Positions 56,893 through 64,000 of a DNA stretch of 64,000 nucleotides are shown piece after piece. The translations under genes were made by a program, and so were the position numbers. Every line of letters begins with the position of its first letter. The stretch's first letter is position 1. Source of the stretch: Paragordius varius (Eukaryota > Animalia > Nematomorpha); NCBI GenBank assembly GCA_964247055.1, contig OZ176053.1:10354001-10418000 (forward strand), written 5' to 3'. Under the pieces are notes generated by a model. The model ran no database searches and had not been told where the DNA came from. It was given only the letters and a program-made list of their open reading frames with translations.

Positions 56893-59331
56893 ATGGCTTG
56901 TCAACCCTATTTTTTCAAGGGATTTCTCTTGACATGCACCTGCTTCCTATTGGTATCAAATTTAATAGTTTATCTAATTTTATATATTCCCTTTCGGTAT
57001 TTACTTGATCAAAGTTCTAAACATAAATATAACCCCAAAATGTATATTATGTTTATTAGATTTGTGAACTTTTTGATAATATTTTAGCTCGTGGGTTTGA
57101 CTTTCATAACTGTGGGTTTATTGATCAAAGAGACGGAAAATGATATTCAATACATCAAAGTCATGAATGTATTTATGAAAGCTTATTCAGGATTAATCGG
57201 GGTGGGTCTAAGCATTTGCCTTATAGCACTCATTGGGTGTTTTGGTTCCCTGTTCCAAGTTTATTGGATGATTTTATTGGTATGTAATAATCATTTTTTA
57301 TACGCTTTCACTTGTTCAATTAATTTCAATGTCTATATTATTTTTATGAAAATTTACTAATAAGTATCATGATTACCATTGCATAGTCAAAAGAGGGTAA
57401 TTTCTAACTGAATTTTCGGAATGGTTATATACATAAATCCATTAAAATTAGTTAGCGCTGCGTATATGTGGGCTCAACTTTGAAACAGAAAATAACATAT
57501 TATTAGAATAAAATTTATGCAGAGTGGTTGTTATTTTATCTAAATTAAATATAAATCAAATTAAAAAATGCAAACATATATTAATTCGACTGATTGAAAT
57601 TTTACGAAAAATATTTTTATTTTCATAATTTATTTATTGATGAGTGCGAAATTGATATATAACTTGAAAAATATAAATTTTGTTTAATTATGTAGCACAT
57701 CATCTTCATATGCATTATTGTCGTGGCAGAAATTACCATTATAATCGTATACGTCGTCCATCTCCAAAAAGTATAATTTATGTCTAAATCATAGCTCTCA
57801 GATTCATTTCTCTCGTTCTCCAGTGCAAAATGTAAAGGGGTATATACTTTATTTTATTATATATATTGGATTGTTAAATATCACAAAACTCCCGTTTTTA
57901 AGCTAAAATTAGAGCTTTGAGTTTAGAACCAGAACCGACATCACAATTCTAATTATATAGTTCTTAAACGGGCTAAAATGCCTGAAATTGTTGAATCAAG
58001 TTTATAGTTAAATTTTATTTTATTTTTTTGCGAACTTTATTAAATTTTTAGGTAAAACTTGGTGTGCGAATTCTTAAAAAAGTAATTTTAAATTTGTCCA
58101 ATTATAACATTAGATAAAGGTTCCAACAAAATGGGTATGTATTGACCTAATTTTTTATTTTTAGATTCTATTATGAATTATGTTTTAGAAAAATTGTGTA
58201 GAGAAAAATCCATCTTCAAACTTTACTTTTGCAAGCGTGTTTATGGATTACATGATGCCTATCAAATGCATTATAACACTCGTGATATTCATACAGGTTG
58301 GGGATTTTAACTTTTTTTAACATGATTATATTTGTACCCAGAGGTGAACAGTTATAAATTTAATGATCGAGGGGTGTCCAACACAGATATCTTCGCGAGC
58401 TTCTTTGACATTATTTTATTTATTTTATTTTAAGCCCAATTTCGGATGATATAGCTTATAAATAATCTTAAATTTTTGATTGAAGCAAATTTTTTATTTT
58501 TTAACATGTTAGAGACTTTTGCTTACCGAAAAAAGCGTGTTGGACACCGCTTGAAAAATAACCACTCATACACATTTGAACATATGTGAATCACATGATA
58601 TGAATTAAATATATAATAGTGGTATAAAACTTAAATTAGAGTTAAGATCAAATTAATCATATTGTATTTATATGTTTATATACAACTAAAACTTTTAAAT
58701 TTATTTTTTGGCTTCATCATATGAGTTAAAACAGATACTTGCATTCCTTATAACATTGACAAGTCATGTAAATAACTCTGTTATAATTGTTCAGACCAGT
58801 CGATAACCCTATATGTTAAATCATTACAAACAAATAACTAAAATCACTCGTTTATATTTATGTATTAAAGGATATAAGCTATACATTTGTGAATCGAACA
58901 ATGATAAAATTTATCGTAATATTCATATAAACTTTATGTTTTATATACAGGTTTGTCAATTGGTTACAGCCTTGAAACTGGCCATCTTCATTCACATGCC
59001 CAAAACTTTGATTGACCTCAATAATGTATCAGGTACAAGATCTCAACCTTTGGCCCCTTCAATACAACCGGATCCTAACGCGGTTTTAGGAGTTAACTCA
59101 ATCGACACTCCTCTAAATGATGTAGCAAGTGCCCCGGTTATTACCACTGATCTTAGGAAAGATATTGTTGAACTGAAATCCATAAAATCTGTCAAGTCTT
59201 TACAGCAAGGTACTGCCCCGGATATTGTAATAAATCAAAATGAATCGCACAATCTTAATAATGTTCAGGGTCAAAATAATAATAAAATTACTGTAAATAA
59301 TACCATTGATACTAATGATATAGTTAGATAA
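56893..59331 (+). CDS. Tetraspanin-like four-TM protein (internal exons partly unresolved)
   Basis: Exons 56893-56952 (MAC..FFKGFLL, TM1), 57088-57279 (TM1 end/TM2 with LIGCFGS), 57696-57770 (TM3 with AEI), probable 58165-58277 (large loop), 58735-58767 and 58951-59331 (TM4 with VCQL, then tail). I could not close the phases across the large-loop exons. Confidence 0.6.
58368..58553. mobile_element. hAT-like MITE, copy 2
   Basis: GAGGGGTGTCCAACAC ... GTGTTGGACACCGC; interior similar to 33956-34136. Confidence 0.6.
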
Positions 59332-60619
59332 TTATGTAGTACAGTTTATTAGTTTATGCAATGTATTTATAATATAAAAATATATAGACAATTGAAATGC
59401 TCATTTTATGAAGGAATTATTATATACCATGCATCTTATCAATTTTATTACTATATATTTATAATTTTGTAAATAAATATGGTTCCGGATAATATATTTG
59501 TACATTAAAGGCGGCTATACTGATATATGCGTTACATTAAGATTGTATGGACGTACATCACAGATCTAGGTATTTTTAGCACCGGTCCTTTTATAAAAAA
59601 TTGTTTTGCCACGTTAACATTGGGAATAATTATACACATAGACTAATTAGCTTATTCTCATCATGCATTTTTCCGATTTTTAAAACTAAAAAGTTAAAAA
59701 CACCTTTCCACAAATTACTGATTTGGGAGTATTATGGAACCTTATTAACGAAGCAAGAAAAAGCCTTTAATAAATTTCTTAGATGCAGTTAGTTCCTACT
59801 ATCATATACGCATAATAGATTAATAACTACTTCAATATCACAGGATTTTACCTACTTAATATTTTTTAGAAAATCAGTAAACTCCGGAGTAAAATGTACT
59901 ATAATTAATTATAATAGTAAAAAACTCTCACTCATACACTTCCCTCAAAAGGATTATATATAGTCCAATAACCAAATATATAAAAAAACACGATTTTTTA
60001 ATTAAAAATTATTTTGCCATATTAACAAATTTACATTTATTGTAGCTTACATAGAGAAGTCACAAATCAAATAAATAATACTTTGAATAATAATCATATT
60101 TAATTTTTGACACTGATTCACAATAATTTACAATAGGTCAATATGACAAATATACAATAATATCATTATTATAATTAAATTTTCTTTACCATTAACGATA
60201 AAATAATAATGGTTTAAATGATTGTACATTTTAATATAATGTCCACCCGAATACTATATAAAAAATTGGTTGATCTACAATGATAAAAAAAACTTTTGAT
60301 AATTGTAATAATAAATAATAATAATTTTTAATAAATATATGACTATATTGCATTTGCACATAAAATAAAGATGTTTCAAAAAGAGAAGTGTAATATTCTT
60401 TGGGTAAATCATATTTAGTAAATATATATTTTTTTATAATTGGTTTAATGTACATAGATATGTATAATTTACACTGCATTTAAAACATAAATATATTATG
60501 CTAATGAATAAAATGTTAGTAATTGGACTTTGGAGTACACTCTGCAAAACATTTAGATTTTGAGGGCGATTTGGGCATAATCATAGATTTGGAATGGTAA
60601 AATAATTTGGATGAAACTT

Positions 60620-60977
60620 TCAATGAGCTAAACTTGATAATGATTCCTTAATTTTTAATATAAATATTAGGATATAAATTACATATAAAAATAAGTAAAA
60701 AAAGATAAAAGAATATTACATCCTATATTATATTATAACACAATTTGCATGACTAGATATTAAAAATTAACTACCGATTTAATATCAAATAATATAAAAA
60801 CAAACAACATAATTATATTTGAAATCAATACCATAAAAAATGTAAATTAATTAAAATAATAACTTTCATTTCGCGACCACGCGTTTCAATAGGCAATAAG
60901 AGTGCACAAACGGCAGCCAAAATTCCGGATAAGGCATAAAGATCAAAAGCTCCATTTGCTGAATATCGCAACATTAC
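60620..60977 (-). CDS. svop: Last two exons of an SV2-related MFS transporter (SVOP-like); upstream exons lie beyond the window
   Basis: Exon 60977-60864 (AG|GTA ATG...AAA|GT) encodes VMLRYSANGAFDLYALSGILAAVCALLLPIETRGREMK, i.e. TM12 plus the LPIET(K/R)GR motif of SVOP/SLC22. Exon 60646-60620 encodes ESLSSLAH* in phase. Confidence 0.75.
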
Positions 60978-61244
60978 CTATTATAAGAGCAAAATAATTG
61001 AAAAATGTATAATGACCTTATGCTTGTTTAATGCGATATTTGGAGGAATGTTTTATAATTGGGCAATTTGTTATTTGGATAATAAATATTTGATTGTTTT
61101 CTTTGTTTTTGAAGAAAATTAGAGGTTTGTTTTTGGAAAAAAAAATAGTAAATTCACTATAAGTTACTAGCAATCATTTATTGTAATCTACAAAATATAA
61201 AGAGTCAACGGAATATGTATATAAAAAAATTTGGATTGCAACAT

Positions 61245-63300
61245 TTCATCATCATCAGGTCGTTGATTGTCCATTTGTCGATAGCTTCCATATTTTGGAG
61301 CGATATAATTTACGATCGAGACAGTCGCTTTTGGTTAAATGAGTTACGTCTAGGTCATGGCTGATGGTTTGTCCCAATGATGATATGGTCTAGACCGTTT
61401 TAAATTGCCATTGGAGGGAAGTGATATTATTTTGTTAATTTAACCATTTAAGCGTTAAATGTGGCCCCAGTATCTGAGACGATTTGCTCTGACAAAAAAG
61501 GATATTGGTGAGATTAGGAACAGACTATGTATCTTTTTATTTTTATTTGTTTTATCGTTGGAGACATGAGTTGAGATGTTTTTATATTTCACAAAATATA
61601 TTGATTTAAGGGCCAACATTCGCTAGCATATGTGAGTGCTTGGCGAATGGCAATAGTATTTGCTCTTGATTGGGTTTGAAATGTGTCTATGTTTGATTAC
61701 ATACTTAGGTTGGTGAAATTTGGCCTAAGTTTGATGTGTTCGCGTTGTTATGGCGTTTTTAATAATAATATTGGCTGCTATTGTATCAGGGTAATTGTAC
61801 TTGTTTACTATTTCATTGTTTAAAAATGGACAAGCTTTACAAACGAAATTATCAAGGCTTAATAAACTTTATTATGTGAATTGTGCACCCATAGTTGACA
61901 TTTAGTGCATTTGATGGCATAAGGTTAGACTTCGGAGTGAAAATATAACAATGAGCCTGAGATTAAGGCTTTTGTTTTATCTGTTAAATTTGTGTGCAAA
62001 TTTTTCTAACGTAGATTTCCAGAGAATGAATATATTATTAATAAGTTTCGCGGATGCTCGTTATTATAATATCGTCAGCGCATATTTGAACGGTAAAACT
62101 GTTTTTATATAATCAGTTATTACATCCATAATATAGTAATGGGCTTAGGATGGAGCCCTGGTGTAGCCCGACAATCACTGGGAATTGATTGATATCTACC
62201 ACGGGAGTTATCACGCAACTAGTGGTGTTCTCATATAGTAAATTTATTATTTTTATTATCCATTCCGGAATTTCTTTTTTTCGTAAAGCAAATGGACCGC
62301 GAGATGCGATTGAATGCCCGGCTTAAATCAATAAAGAGCTGATATAAGATTTTATTTTTGCATATGTAGTTCTCTTGTAAGCTTCTTAGAAAAAAATAGT
62401 GCCAGAGGTGCAGACACTCTGTTGAAATCCGAATTGGGTTTCGTCAATCAAGCGAGACGTATTTTCCTTTCCATTATAATTTCGAATAATTTTATTGCAT
62501 GTTCAAGTAATTTTAATGATCTATAGCAGGAACAGTTAAGCATATCGCCTTTGTTTTTATAGATTAAAATTATGATATACTTTGGTTCCAGTCATTTGAT
62601 ATTTTTCCTCCGTTATAATCGGATTAAATAGCTTTGTGAAATAGGAATTGCTTCATGTATATTTTGCACATTTCGGTTTTGATTTTCGTAACACCAGGTG
62701 CTTTGTTAATTTTGTATTTTTGCATGGCTAAGCTCACATCTTCTGGGTAATGATTGGGGGTCCCTAATAATTGAGGGTAAGTTTGGTGACTCGACATTTG
62801 AATGCTAAAAATTTAGGGATGTATTGTGCCCATACATTTTGAATGCTTTATTTGCTTTTATGACATTTACCACCCGTATATCTTCTTTATTACTATTGAT
62901 ATTTTTTAGCGTTTTAAAAACTTGTAAGCTTTTAATTTATTCTTCAAATTTTTTGGCCATTTCCAGGTCATTTTGTTAGCTATTATTTTTTACTCTTTTT
63001 TTACCATGATGTTAGCATGTTTGTCATTTTCAACTTTAGAAATTTCCATTTTTTAAAAACTTCTCTTTTCTCATTTAATAGAGGTTTAATATAGTTCTGC
63101 CACAATCATTGGGATTTTGTTTTGATACGTTTCTTACGCAAATTTTGGAAATGTTTGTGAGTTAAGTGTTTTTTAGATGCTCCCAGCCGTCATGTACTTT
63201 TTTAGGAGAATGTCTTAGTTCAGTAGTAATGGTAAATGAATTGATGCTTTAGGATCAAGCTACGTTAAATTGAGAAAATATTTTGGGTGGTTGGTTTACA
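61245..63300 (-). mobile_element. Decayed RTE-clade non-LTR retrotransposon: linker, reverse transcriptase, Cys-rich segment, 3' (TGA)n tail
   Basis: Minus-strand fragments with stops and frameshifts: IYKNKGDMLNC..YR..KLLEHAIKLFEII, IDETQFGF, FIDLSRAFNRI, AIKCTKCQLWVHN, FVCKAC. Ends ACGACCTGATGATGATGA near 61245. Confidence 0.8.
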
Positions 63301-63399
63301 GCTACCATTTTGTAGGTTTTTATATTAAATATAAATTTTCTATGTTGTTTATTCATTAAGACGAAATCTTGAGATCTATGTTTGCCGCTTATGTATGAG

Positions 63400-64000
63400 T
63401 GTAATAGGCTGGGTTATTTTGTTGTTTATAAGAAACAGATTCTAAAAACGGAGGTAACTATCGACATGAAGGTTTCACACTTTATTATGAAGGAGGAAAA
63501 ACGGGGAAATCAGGCGTAGTTTTAGCCATAAGGATAAAAAAATTATAATCAACATAACACGTCATAACGAGAGAATTTTCACAATGCGAGTGGCTCTCAA
63601 TCATTCAACCCTCAACATAATATCCATCTATACCCCTCAACAGGGTCAAAATGAAACTAACTACCAAACAGGAATTCTGGAACCAGCTTTATCAGATTGC
63701 ACAAAATGTTCCCACAAATGACATACTTTATATAGGCGGAGAATGGACACATTAGAATGCACGCCGATAGTTACGAAGGAATACACTGTGGAGTAGGTAT
63801 TGGTTCCCGAAACCAAGAAGGTGAAAAGCTTTTAGAATTCTGCAGTGGCAGATCTATTGATTTCAATATACACTTGACAAAAAACCAGTCTAATGCACAC
63901 ATACAAAAGTGGCAAACACATATCTCAAATTATCTTCGTTTTAATGAATAAACAACACGGGAATTTATAACTAACATTTAAACCTGTTTGCTGATCCGCC
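63400..64000 (+). mobile_element. Decayed AP-endonuclease domain of an RTE-clade LINE, running off the window
   Basis: Fragments NIISIYTPQQG, EFWNQLYQI...NDILYIGG, HADSYEGIHCGVGIGSRNQEGEKLLEFC, with frameshifts. Confidence 0.8.

Overview
Very AT-rich, intron-dense eukaryotic (invertebrate animal) genomic DNA. It is not prokaryotic, and I recognised no CRISPR, rRNA or tRNA. By manual splicing I rebuilt seven protein-coding loci. (1) 3' part of a BRSK/SAD kinase (+, <97-8913). (2) Orphan 4-exon gene (-, 9247-13455) encoding a Trp-periodic 11-residue helical protein. (3) 32-exon, ~2478-aa kettin/sallimus-like Ig-repeat muscle protein (+, 20821-36591). (4) Intronless Frizzled-5/8 (+, 46133-48823). 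(5) Tail-to-tail with it, a TGF-beta/BMP type-I-like receptor kinase (-, 49167 to >=54713) that appears to lack the GS box, the glycine-rich loop and most of the L45 loop, and carries a ~100-aa kinase insert. (6) Divergent tetraspanin (+, 56893-59331). (7) Last two exons of an SVOP-like MFS transporter (-, 60620-60977), missed by the ORF track. Introns and intergenic DNA hold two non-autonomous Helitrons, several MITE families, a ~1-kb foldback palindrome and a decayed RTE-clade LINE whose geometry suggests a 5' inversion. The best novelty candidates are the GS-less type I receptor and the Trp-hendecad orphan. All gene models and alignments were made by eye and no database searches were run.
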